A model generated the notes under the pieces. The model was not told the origin of the DNA, did not search any database, and saw nothing but the letters and a program-made list of their open reading frames with translations. Source: a virus (Duplodnaviria; Caudoviricetes). From it: a DNA stretch of 64,000 nt. The DNA is taken from the IMG/VR virus record IMGVR_UViG_3300028887_000067, positions 160,001-224,000 of that record; one strand, 5' to 3'. Shown piece after piece: positions 55,380 through 64,000 of this stretch; the first letter of the stretch is position 1, and the number at the start of each line of letters is the position of its first letter. The position numbers and the translations under genes are program-made.

Positions 55380-56093
55380 ATGGCTGATATTGACAACAGC
55401 GAAGCTATCAAGAAGATGATGCACTTTGAAATCGAGGGCGATACCTACTTCGTCCAAGTTCAGATTCGTGGCAAGGACGTCGGCGGTCGTGACCTCATCG
55501 TCAAGGATTTCCATATACACAGCATCGAGCATCTCGACAAGGAATATCCGGATATCAAGGATCTCTGCAGGAAGTATCGCGCCCGCGCATACATCCGTCT
55601 CAACCAGCGCAGCACGTGGGACGCCAACATCATCGCGCAAATCGAGGCGCTCCAACAGCAGATCGAGATCAACCGCGTCATGCGCAAGCACCTCCGCACG
55701 GGTGAAAAGCCTACCTTCCCGAAAGTCCTCTCCATCTCGAAGCTGTACAGCAGCGCACTCGGGCGCAACAATACCGAGGCGTCGGAATCCCGCAAGTGGA
55801 TCGTCGACGTCGACCCTGACATGGTAGACCCGTCGAAGCCGGGGTTCGGTTCGATTACCGAGATCGCGGACACGCTTTCCAACATCATCGCGACCAAGTG
55901 CGGCACCAAGGAAAACCCGGAACCGCATGAGATTGCGAGGTTGCCGTCGAAGTCCGGCATCCACCTCGTGACGACTACGTTCAATATGCATGCGTTCACG
56001 TGTGCCGTCGGAAAGCCCAAGCAGGGCGACTTCGTGAAGCCCGATGCAAATACCAACCTGTTCATCCCGTCCAACTTGTTCATCACGGAATAG
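55380..56093 (+). CDS. Putative archaeo-eukaryotic primase (AEP)-like protein
   Basis: hhhDhD motif WIVDVD and SKSGIHL (SxxGxH) motif. Confidence 0.55.
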   Translation: MADIDNSEAIKKMMHFEIEGDTYFVQVQIRGKDVGGRDLIVKDFHIHSIEHLDKEYPDIKDLCRKYRARAYIRLNQRSTWDANIIAQIEALQQQIEINRVMRKHLRTGEKPTFPKVLSISKLYSSALGRNNTEASESRKWIVDVDPDMVDPSKPGFGSITEIADTLSNIIATKCGTKENPEPHEIARLPSKSGIHLVTTTFNMHAFTCAVGKPKQGDFVKPDANTNLFIPSNLFITE

Positions 56094-56096
56094 AGT

Positions 56097-56219
56097 ATGG
56101 CGAAAAAATCGCGCCGGCGCTCCGGTATATGGAAATTATGTAAGACCGTGATATATTCCGTCATGGTCGTAAGGATTGTAATGGCTGTTATTGTCAGGAT
56201 TCACAATGTCAAGGATTAG
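56097..56219 (+). CDS. Small membrane peptide (40 aa) upstream of the second AAA ATPase
   Basis: MAKKSRRRSGIWKLCKTVIYSVMVVRIVMAVIVRIHNVKD*; below the ORF-track cutoff; overlaps the ATPase start. Confidence 0.5.
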   Translation: MAKKSRRRSGIWKLCKTVIYSVMVVRIVMAVIVRIHNVKD

Positions 56220-58026
56220 CGAAGCTTCGACGTATCTTGGAAATGTTCATTTGCCTGTCGCGCATCCCCGTAACAAATGTGCGCTGGAGAACACTGCCGA
56301 AGAACCCAAGGCCGAGGAGGCCAACGAGTCTTCGAACGGCAAATCGTCCAACACCACCGACATAATCCGGCAAATTCAGTCAGCGGTAGAGGACCTGCCC
56401 GAGTTGTGGTTGACGGGGAAGGGTAACATTATCGACCTGTTGGATGACCTGTTCGACATCTCGGAAGTGAAGGAACGGTTCAAGAAGGGCGGGTATAAGA
56501 CCCTGTTCACGTCGTTGCTGTCGTTCAACGCCACCAAGTACATCTTCGCGTTCGATACGATTGTGTCCCTGCTCGCCCCGAACCACATCCTGAGCAAGGC
56601 GTCGAACATGATGCGCAACATAGCACTCCTCGACAGCATGGTCGGCTCGACCATCGGCAAGATTTCCCTGAGCGGCAACCTGCGGGCCGGTGAAGACCTG
56701 AAGAACTTGCTGAAGCAGTTCAAGGATTTTCCCCTCAACCCGAACGACTTCTACATCCGCCAGCACGGGCAGATCGGTATGCTGTTCGTCTTTTTCGCTA
56801 CGATTTCGGACTGTAAGGTCGGCGACGTCATAGAGCTCAAATCACCTGCATTTCGGTTCAGACCTCTTACCGACGGAATGTACACGGATACGCTCCACTG
56901 CAGAATCGTGTACAAGTCGCACGAGTTATCTCGCGACCCGTACGGCCTGTACCTGAAAAGCGCAACGGCCGACAAAACCATCGTTCTCTGCGAACTTCTT
57001 GAACTCAACCGGTTCATAATGCTCGCCCCGTCGCTCGCAGGCGACCGGAGCGACCTTACTGTCCGTCGCCTTATTATGGGATCTCCGGATTCGATATACG
57101 CGTTCTACAAGTCGGAAGACGACTTTGAGGGATATAGGGACACAGCCATACTCAGGGCACTTCCCATGTCTACCTTCGATTTCCAGAAAAACTGCATCGG
57201 GTTGACAAGCGAAGGGGATATATACAAGCTCGACCGAACCATTTTCGATACGACAGTCGACGAGGTATACGATACCCATGCGCTGACAGTCATCGAACGC
57301 ATATCGAACTCAATCAAGCTCAATTGCTCCAGAGCGTTCGCCCTGGTCGGAATTCCCGGAACGGGCAAGACCTTCCTGCAGAAGAAGATTGTCCGAGACC
57401 ATCCGGAATCGGCGGTCATTAGGCCTTACATTTCCGACAGGGGCGTAAACGACTCGCTGATCCGTTCGATTGGCGAGACTGTTATGGCAATCCCGTTGCG
57501 CAATGTCCTCATTGTACTGGACGATTTCGACAAGGGAGTGCAGGGTGACGAGAACCTCACTCCGCAGTACAAGAGCCAGAGGCTCATCGAACTGTTCGAT
57601 ACCCTTCACAGAGCATGTCCGGGCGGGTTCGACAAGGAAACGGGGGAACCGAAGAGGACGTTCACCCTCGTCGCCACGATGAACAGCCCGAAGCTGCTCG
57701 ACAATTCCGTGATAAAACGCTCGGAACGCTTCGACGAGGTCATCGAGATCGGACTGCCGGAAACGTTCATCTACGGGAAGCGCCTCAATGCCATCAAGGA
57801 CCCTGACGACTGCACGGACTTCACCTCGTCACGGTTCAAGCCGGTATACTGGTACATGCGCCGCAAGGTGATCACGCTTGCCGACCTCGGCAACATTTAC
57901 GACATCCTGCGCATCCACCGCCGGAAGAAAGGTGATAAACTGCGTTATAACATCAGAGACTTACTCTACGCTGTCAAGTACATCGGCCGCAACAGGGCCT
58001 CCGCCAGCAAGGAGTACGAATTGTGA
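56206..58026 (+). CDS. AAA+ ATPase, paralogue of 2569-4218
   Basis: GIPGTGKT, IVLDDFD, VATMN, KRSERFDE. Confidence 0.85.
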   Translation: MSRISEASTYLGNVHLPVAHPRNKCALENTAEEPKAEEANESSNGKSSNTTDIIRQIQSAVEDLPELWLTGKGNIIDLLDDLFDISEVKERFKKGGYKTLFTSLLSFNATKYIFAFDTIVSLLAPNHILSKASNMMRNIALLDSMVGSTIGKISLSGNLRAGEDLKNLLKQFKDFPLNPNDFYIRQHGQIGMLFVFFATISDCKVGDVIELKSPAFRFRPLTDGMYTDTLHCRIVYKSHELSRDPYGLYLKSATADKTIVLCELLELNRFIMLAPSLAGDRSDLTVRRLIMGSPDSIYAFYKSEDDFEGYRDTAILRALPMSTFDFQKNCIGLTSEGDIYKLDRTIFDTTVDEVYDTHALTVIERISNSIKLNCSRAFALVGIPGTGKTFLQKKIVRDHPESAVIRPYISDRGVNDSLIRSIGETVMAIPLRNVLIVLDDFDKGVQGDENLTPQYKSQRLIELFDTLHRACPGGFDKETGEPKRTFTLVATMNSPKLLDNSVIKRSERFDEVIEIGLPETFIYGKRLNAIKDPDDCTDFTSSRFKPVYWYMRRKVITLADLGNIYDILRIHRRKKGDKLRYNIRDLLYAVKYIGRNRASASKEYEL

Positions 58027-58033
58027 GGCTATT

Positions 58034-58231
58034 ATGCAGGATTCCAAGGTCAGGACCATTCTCTCCACGGTAAAGAGCAAGAGCGTCGCCGGCGTATCCC
58101 CGGTGGACTACATCGACGGCGTATTGGACGCGCTCCCCGACGGGACGAACGCCGCCGTCGAAACCGCGAGCGCCGGCAAGAAGCCGCTACTCGCCGCCGA
58201 CTACGGGAACGGATCCCGCGCCCTGTTTTAG
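58034..58231 (+). CDS. Small hypothetical protein
   Basis: SD GAGG then ATG 58034; 65 aa. Confidence 0.45.
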   Translation: MQDSKVRTILSTVKSKSVAGVSPVDYIDGVLDALPDGTNAAVETASAGKKPLLAADYGNGSRALF

Positions 58232-58783
58232 CAGGGACCAGTCGTTACGCGCCTTTTCCAGGGCGGAGTCGAATTCCGACTTCGCCCGTTTCATATATGC
58301 GGAGATGTACGCCATCAGCGTAGCCGTGGCGCCGGCCTCGTTTTCCGGCCAGTATAGCACCCTGTTCCCGTCGTCGAACATCCCGTCGCGCCTTATCCTG
58401 TCCATCACGGCCTCGTCGAGGGAATCGACGACCCCCCTCCTGACACCGTTCAGGATGTCCCACGACACGTAGTTCACCTCCTCCGTCGGCAGGCTGTCGA
58501 GGAAGGTCACGTGCTCCTTGCCTTCCATGTCCTCGAAGATGACGCATTTCCCGTTCGTGGAATCGGTAACCTGCTTCACCACCATCGACTGCGCGAACTT
58601 CCTCGAATGCTGTCCGGACGTCGCCTCTGGGTGGTATATCAGCTTGTGGTGGGTGGGGCAGAGCGGTATGGCCACGTCGGAACCCAGCCGGGACCCGAGC
58701 TCCCGGAGGTGGATGTGGTGGAAATCGATCAGGGCGCGGTGCTCCGTCTCGTAGGGGCACCCCGGAAAACAACACTTGAACAT
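58187..58783 (-). CDS. HNH-like endonuclease domain protein
   Basis: CCFPGC...DFHHIH...IPLCPTHHKLIYH. Confidence 0.7.
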   Translation of the reverse strand: MFKCCFPGCPYETEHRALIDFHHIHLRELGSRLGSDVAIPLCPTHHKLIYHPEATSGQHSRKFAQSMVVKQVTDSTNGKCVIFEDMEGKEHVTFLDSLPTEEVNYVSWDILNGVRRGVVDSLDEAVMDRIRRDGMFDDGNRVLYWPENEAGATATLMAYISAYMKRAKSEFDSALEKARNDWSLLKQGAGSVPVVGGE

Positions 58784-58889
58784 GCCGAGAAGATAGCAAA
58801 ACAGCGTTCTGGACTCAAATTCGGCAAATTTTCGGGACAGGCGTCGATACGAGTGGCCATTGGACTAAACTGCAGGTAGGAGGCGGCCC

Positions 58890-59411
58890 ATGGAAACACA
58901 GATCGTAAGGCTTGTAGGTCAGATAAGCGAAGAGACGATTTCACCCGTGATAGAGGAACTGGGCCGGCTAGACCCGGAGACCAGTGAGGTCACGCTCGTC
59001 ATAGACAGCTACGGCGGGTCCATCGAGGAAGGCTTCAGGCTAATCGACGCAATCCGCATAATCCAGTCCAGGGGGGTGGTCGTACACTCGGTCATAACGG
59101 GGAAGGCCTACTCCATGGGGATATACATAGCTCTCGCGGCGAACAAGCGCACCGCCTACCCCAGCGCACGGATAATGACTCACAGCGCACGCTACGACGG
59201 GCTGGAGGAGGATACGCCGTACACGGCCAAGGACCTCAAGACGATGTTCCTGGAAATGGACAACTATGACAGGATGTTCAAGGAACTGCTGGTGTCGGCC
59301 GGCGTCGACCCAAACGACGCGGACGTCATTATGGCCAAGGACACCTATTTCGGCGTCGACACGGCCATACGGCTCGGCTTAGTGCAGTCGGTCGAGAAGG
59401 ACGTCGTCTGA
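58890..59411 (+). CDS. clpP: ClpP-family serine protease
   Basis: IDSYGGS, GKAYSMG (catalytic Ser), IMTHS (catalytic His), DTYF...A..LGLV. Confidence 0.85.
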   Translation: METQIVRLVGQISEETISPVIEELGRLDPETSEVTLVIDSYGGSIEEGFRLIDAIRIIQSRGVVVHSVITGKAYSMGIYIALAANKRTAYPSARIMTHSARYDGLEEDTPYTAKDLKTMFLEMDNYDRMFKELLVSAGVDPNDADVIMAKDTYFGVDTAIRLGLVQSVEKDVV

Positions 59412-59833
59412 AGCCGCCTGCGCTCCATTTCCTCCTTCACGTAGGGCGACAGGTTCTTGAAGAACATCTCGGGGCAGTCGGTCAGGGCGAACGAGTCGTT
59501 CTCCGGCTTGACGTTGCCGAAGCTGTCTACGAAAGTGGCGTCGCAGTGCAGGGTTTCTAGGTCGAAGTCCATTTCCACGGAGAACAGGTGCAGACGCTTC
59601 TTCGACTGGTAGCGACGGTCGCCTATTTCGAAGATTTCGGTTTCCGCCGGTATAGAGAGACCGGTCTCTTCCATGAGCTCCCTCTTTGCCGCCTCCAGCG
59701 GTGTCTCCCCGTTCTCCAGGTGTCCCTTCGGTATGTCCATCGAGTGTTCGCCCGCCTGCCGTCCGGTCGGGTGGCACGCTAGGATCTTGCCCGTGCCTTT
59801 CTTTACGATTATGAATCCGCAACTCTTTTCCAT
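59345..59833 (-). CDS. NUDIX hydrolase
   Basis: Nudix box PKGHLENGETPLEAAKRELMEETGL. Confidence 0.92.
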   Translation of the reverse strand: MEKSCGFIIVKKGTGKILACHPTGRQAGEHSMDIPKGHLENGETPLEAAKRELMEETGLSIPAETEIFEIGDRRYQSKKRLHLFSVEMDFDLETLHCDATFVDSFGNVKPENDSFALTDCPEMFFKNLSPYVKEEMERRRLQTTSFSTDCTKPSRMAVSTPK

Positions 59834-59906
59834 ATCCTCAAATATAGCAAACCATGAACTATTACAGGATTATAAACTGCGTTGGAAGCGAAAAAGGACA
59901 TTTCAG

Positions 59907-60476
59907 ATGGACAAGACGAATATCTTCTTCTGCACCGAGGACGACGGAAACGAACTCGCCGTCATGCTCGACGACACGCGACCGGATGGTTCCCTGGGCT
60001 GCTATTCCCATGTCGGCCAGCATTCTACCGCCGAACCGGCCTATATCGAAGGTTGCCGGCCCATGTTAAACCCAGAGCAGTCCGACCTGTACAAGGAACT
60101 TCAGGGACAGGGATATACCGACATCAACATTGTCCCGAACTTCAACGAGCCCGACGCTTCCCTTGCCGACAAGGTATCCGACATCGCCAAGTCAAGCACC
60201 GACAACCCGGCATTTGCCGAGGCAGTCAGCCAGCTCGCCAAGGCCTGTTTCGAAGGATATGGGTATGGGGCCAAGGATTATGAGTCCATGGACGTCAATG
60301 CCTTGTACCAGGAATTGCTTGATCACAACTTGTTTACCGAACCCGAATTGGTGCTGGTTACCAACGGGTGGGGTCTTAACGAAGATACCCTCAACACGGC
60401 GTGTTATGCCCGCTACGGATTCAATAGCGCCGCACAGACGCTCGAAGACGATGATAAACACGGGGTTCGCCGATGA
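59907..60476 (+). CDS. Hypothetical two-domain protein
   Basis: SD AAAGGA, ATG 59907, TATAAACT at 59871-59878; CYSHVGQH motif. Confidence 0.7.
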   Translation: MDKTNIFFCTEDDGNELAVMLDDTRPDGSLGCYSHVGQHSTAEPAYIEGCRPMLNPEQSDLYKELQGQGYTDINIVPNFNEPDASLADKVSDIAKSSTDNPAFAEAVSQLAKACFEGYGYGAKDYESMDVNALYQELLDHNLFTEPELVLVTNGWGLNEDTLNTACYARYGFNSAAQTLEDDDKHGVRR

Positions 60477-61342
60477 GCCCGTGTCTGGCTATCAGCATTA
60501 ACGGCGGTGGGGCGCTCGGAATAGGCCCGCTCGCCTTCATGTGCCGACTCGAACAGGACATCGGAAAGAAGCTCGGCGACTGCGCCGTCGCGTTCGCGGG
60601 CACGTCGACGGGTGCGATCATTGCCGGCGGTCTCGACGAGGGTTATTCCGCCCACGACCTGTTCGACCTATACAGGAACAACTTGAAAAAGATTTTCACG
60701 AAGTACCCGTGGTACAAGCGCGTCAAGCCAACGTGCCCTCCATACGACAATACGTTCCTCAAGTCGATTCTGGAAGAAAAGTTCAAGGGTAACGTCGGCG
60801 ATTGGAAAAAACCCATTTTCATTCCGACCACGTATACTAACGGCAAGAGCGTCGAGAAGGTATGGGACCTGGGTGACAAGGATGTCCCTAAGTCTTTCGC
60901 CATCCTCACCAGCACGGCCGCCCCTACGTTCTTCGACATTATTGTCAAGGACGGCAAGAGCTTCGCGGACGGCGGACTCTGGGCGAACTGTCCCGTGGCC
61001 GTCCTGAACGCCGGATTGAAGTGCTCGGAATACAATGGTCATCTGCGGATATTGTCGTTCAATACCGGAATGGACATGCCGAATACGTTGGTAGGGAACC
61101 AGTCTTTAATATCGTGGATTAAGTATCTTCTTACGGGTTGGATCGCTAGGGCCGGAAAGAGCAACGATTATATCGTCATGAAAGACATCGGGGAAGAAAA
61201 CTTCGCCGTTGCGTCGCCGCATTATGACAAGTCGATCCCGATGGACGATACGGATGACGACACCCTCGACTTGGTGATTGGAATGTGGAACGACTACTAC
61301 GACGCCAACAAGGATTACTTCCTCCACTTCGTGAATCCTTAA
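60473..61342 (+). CDS. Patatin-like phospholipase
   Basis: NGGGALG, GTSTG, AAPTFF and DGG motifs intact. Confidence 0.92.
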   Translation: MSPCLAISINGGGALGIGPLAFMCRLEQDIGKKLGDCAVAFAGTSTGAIIAGGLDEGYSAHDLFDLYRNNLKKIFTKYPWYKRVKPTCPPYDNTFLKSILEEKFKGNVGDWKKPIFIPTTYTNGKSVEKVWDLGDKDVPKSFAILTSTAAPTFFDIIVKDGKSFADGGLWANCPVAVLNAGLKCSEYNGHLRILSFNTGMDMPNTLVGNQSLISWIKYLLTGWIARAGKSNDYIVMKDIGEENFAVASPHYDKSIPMDDTDDDTLDLVIGMWNDYYDANKDYFLHFVNP

Positions 61343-61347
61343 TTTAC

Positions 61348-61372
61348 AGGCCGGTTGGGACCGGCCTTTCTT
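61348..61372 (+). terminator. Terminator
   Basis: AGGCCGGT-TGGG-ACCGGCCT followed by TTCTT. Confidence 0.65.
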
Positions 61373-61418
61373 GTATATCTATTAATTATTTTGTACATTT
61401 AAACAAAAAGGAAAAACT

Positions 61419-61871
61419 ATGTGCAATCCTATAGAAGAGAAGCAACAATCGATTATCGTTAAATATCTCGACGACACGGTTAAGCGTCTGCAATACACCA
61501 ACAAGGGTGACTGGGTCGACCTCAGTGCGGCGGAACGCGTCGAACTGAAGAAGGGAGAGTTCAAGACCATCCACCTTGGTGTCGCTATGCAGCTTCCCGA
61601 AGGATATGAGGCGCACATCGCCCCGCGCAGCTCCACGTTCAAGAACTGGCACATTATCCAGACCAACTCGGTCGGCGTGGTCGACCACACATACTGCGGC
61701 CCCAACGACTGGTGGAAGATGCCCGTGTACGCCACCGAGGACACCGTCATTGAGAAGGGAGACCGTATCTGCCAGTTCCGCCTCATGGAAATTCAGCCGA
61801 AGTTCCCGTTCGTCGACGGCAACCTCGAAGGCGAGGACAGGGGCGGTTTTGGGTCTACCGGCAAAGCATAA
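61419..61871 (+). CDS. dut: dUTPase (trimeric)
   Basis: GDWVDL, PRSS, GVVDHTYCG, RICQF, RGGFGSTG. Confidence 0.95.
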   Translation: MCNPIEEKQQSIIVKYLDDTVKRLQYTNKGDWVDLSAAERVELKKGEFKTIHLGVAMQLPEGYEAHIAPRSSTFKNWHIIQTNSVGVVDHTYCGPNDWWKMPVYATEDTVIEKGDRICQFRLMEIQPKFPFVDGNLEGEDRGGFGSTGKA

Positions 61872-61880
61872 ACTGCTCGC

Positions 61881-62192
61881 ATGACAGAACTCCTTCGACC
61901 GCTTCTAGGCGCGGTCGCCCCCTACGGCGGGACTATCGGCGCCATACTATTCGCCCTGTGCAACCTGCCCATAATCATACAAATTTACGTCAAACGCTCG
62001 TCGGAGGGGGTATCCCTCCCGTACGTGCTCATGTCGTTCTGCGCCAACATAGGGTGCGGGCTATTCGTCCTGGACAACAACCTAACGACCGGCGTGTGGC
62101 AATACCAGCTGTATTTCAACTACGGGACGGCGCTGGTATTCTGCGCATGGATTCTGTGGCTGATACACAGGTTCCGCCCGAAGGACAAATGA
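61881..62192 (+). CDS. PQ-loop/SemiSWEET-like three-helix membrane protein
   Basis: Three TM helices; LPIIIQIYVKRSSEGVSL pattern. Confidence 0.65.
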   Translation: MTELLRPLLGAVAPYGGTIGAILFALCNLPIIIQIYVKRSSEGVSLPYVLMSFCANIGCGLFVLDNNLTTGVWQYQLYFNYGTALVFCAWILWLIHRFRPKDK

Positions 62193-62233
62193 ACTAATTT
62201 CCTCGATGTTAAACCAAACACCGAGGAAGCCGC

Positions 62234-64000
62234 ATGGCGACAGAACACAGTAACTACACGGAACCCGCCCCCTTGCGCGTCAATGTCGGGGATATCGGCC
62301 GGAATTGGCCGGACCGACTCCAACAGGCCACAGGGGCGTCGTTTGACCCGTGGTATACCAAGAAGCAAGCGCTTGAACTCAAGCCCACGCAACGGCCGAA
62401 TGACAACGAACGGCTGTCGGACGACCACCTGAACCTCGCGCCAAACACGCCGTCCGAACAAATTCCGGTTGTCGAGGCGCCCGTAGAGGCGTCGGCCGAA
62501 TTTATGAAGGCCTACAACGAGAACATCAAGGCGTACGAAGCAGCAGTCGCCAAGGAGAAAATGGCCGGCAATATGAGTTCGGTACTTCCCGACGGATTCA
62601 GTCCGTGGGGTACTTGCCAGACTCAGGTGAAAGATGATAGGCTGTCCGGCATTCATGCCAAGATGATGGTTGACAGCTTGCACAAAAACATGGAAACCCG
62701 CATTATGGGTTCCATGAGGAGCCCGCTCGCCCCAGGTGTTTCGATCGAACTTACCGAACCCCCGAAGAAGCGCGACGGCTTGCACTCCTACACGTATGAA
62801 ACGCCGCCGTGGGATGCCGGCATGACAATCAAGTACGGGGTAACGAAACCCGAATGCACACCAACCACACAGGAGAAACACGACCCAATGATACAGCCAG
62901 ACTACAAAAAGGACGACGAAGCGGAAAAGCTCGACGAGATGCGCAACGCAGCCACCGCAAACGAGCGCGAAGTTGCCGAGAACACCAACGACGTGTGGGT
63001 ATCCGCAACGATGATTTCCAACATCAAGTCCAACATCGAACTGCTTGCCAGCACCATTGAAACGCTGAGATGGGAAGGTGACGAACAATGCTCGAAGGTC
63101 GACAACAAGACTTGCGAGGCGATGATCCGCGTAAACCGCGACACGCTCGAGGAGTTCATTAAGATGTTCGAGCGGTTCGCCAAGGAAACCAATGTCGACC
63201 TGCACGCCACCCTGCAGAACGTCCCCGACAAACCTGTCGAAAACGACATCCACCCAGCCAGGGAGAAGTCGGAATCCCGCGCCAAAGTGAAGAGCCCGCT
63301 TGAAGACATCTATATGAAGGACCTCGGCGGCAAACGGGTCGACTGGCACGCCGATAATGACGAGCCGAACGAGTTCGACAACCCAAGCGTTGACAATGTG
63401 AGGCGCTACGTCACCGCACACGATATCCATTTCACTAAGGACGGCGTAGACCCTGTCCTCGAAGGCAAGGGCGTGGACGTCGATTCCCAACTCGTGGTCG
63501 ATTTTCAGACGGACAAAATCCGCAAGCTCACCCAGGAAGAATACGCTAAATCGGTCTCGGAAACCAGCATTGCATCAAGCAAGTTCAACACGGATTTCTT
63601 GAAAACCCCCGAGCAACCTAAACCGGGATTTAGTCCGATGGCGACTCCGTTCAGTCCGCCGCCGGCAATGCCGTGCCCGATGTATGCTCAGCCGCATCAC
63701 ATACCGGTACCCGAGGAAAAAGACCGCAAATCCGGTATTGACAATAACGACCTCCCGTCCGGTCTCATCGACCTCATCATGCACCTACCGGCCGATATGT
63801 GGCACTACGAGGTAGTAGACAGCGAGGAAACCGACGAAACCGAGGAAGATAGAAGAATCATTCTGTCCTTCACCCACGATACACGCACCATCACGGTCGA
63901 GCTCAACCGCCTCACTAACATCGTGACTGTCAAGTCCAAAAAGACTGCGCGTGGCACGTATCTCCGCCAGTTCGCCTGGGTTGACCCGTCCGACCTTCCG
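62234..64000 (+). CDS. Large hypothetical protein (runs off the window edge)
   Basis: Frame from ATG 62234 (SD GAGGA), MATEHSNYTEP..., in frame with ...RQFAWVDPSDLP at the window end; absent from the ORF track because no stop is reached. Confidence 0.7.
   Translation, partial: MATEHSNYTEPAPLRVNVGDIGRNWPDRLQQATGASFDPWYTKKQALELKPTQRPNDNERLSDDHLNLAPNTPSEQIPVVEAPVEASAEFMKAYNENIKAYEAAVAKEKMAGNMSSVLPDGFSPWGTCQTQVKDDRLSGIHAKMMVDSLHKNMETRIMGSMRSPLAPGVSIELTEPPKKRDGLHSYTYETPPWDAGMTIKYGVTKPECTPTTQEKHDPMIQPDYKKDDEAEKLDEMRNAATANEREVAENTNDVWVSATMISNIKSNIELLASTIETLRWEGDEQCSKVDNKTCEAMIRVNRDTLEEFIKMFERFAKETNVDLHATLQNVPDKPVENDIHPAREKSESRAKVKSPLEDIYMKDLGGKRVDWHADNDEPNEFDNPSVDNVRRYVTAHDIHFTKDGVDPVLEGKGVDVDSQLVVDFQTDKIRKLTQEEYAKSVSETSIASSKFNTDFLKTPEQPKPGFSPMATPFSPPPAMPCPMYAQPHHIPVPEEKDRKSGIDNNDLPSGLIDLIMHLPADMWHYEVVDSEETDETEEDRRIILSFTHDTRTITVELNRLTNIVTVKSKKTARGTYLRQFAWVDPSDLP

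Noticed and set aside
59345-59411. Convergent 3' overlaps (clpP/NUDIX; also 58187-58231)
   Set aside because: Short tail-to-tail overlaps are ordinary in compact phage genomes.
1-64000. Stop-codon reassignment, diversity-generating retroelement, tRNA genes
   Set aside because: Conserved genes are full length in the standard code; no reverse transcriptase, adenine-specific repeat pair or tRNA cloverleaf was seen.

Overview
This is a 64-kb segment of a large lytic dsDNA phage, probably a T4-like jumbo phage, using the standard genetic code. The host is not determinable from the window. It begins in a T4 gp17-type terminase large subunit. Nucleotide and DNA metabolism genes include nrdD/nrdG (behind tandem NrdR-like boxes), thyX, dUTPase, an NAD-dependent DNA ligase, a Dda/RecD-like helicase and an AEP-like protein. 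A ~26-kb block encodes giant, repeat-built tail-fibre/adhesin proteins. Accessory enzymes include three glycosyltransferases, PhoH, an IF-3 homologue, ClpP, NUDIX, HD hydrolase, nucleoside hydrolase, nucleotidyltransferase, metallophosphoesterase, patatin and a lytic transglycosylase. There are two TnpB-only IS200/IS605 elements. The most notable unexplained features are: (i) a ~550-nt promoter-driven, densely base-paired non-coding region at 41.6-42.15 kb, a candidate large ncRNA; (ii) an IF-3 with a duplicated N-terminal domain, in a genome with several apparently leaderless genes; (iii) two zinc-finger-less TnpBs whose left ends carry the phage's own late-promoter-like motif, one with a leader pseudoknot; (iv) a 2689-aa fibre ending in a histidine-phosphatase domain; (v) two paralogous 'small membrane peptide + AAA ATPase' gene pairs; (vi) a one-base frameshift separating a lectin-like tip from an adhesin. 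I saw no tRNA, rRNA or CRISPR array. All calls come from reading motifs by eye, with no database search.
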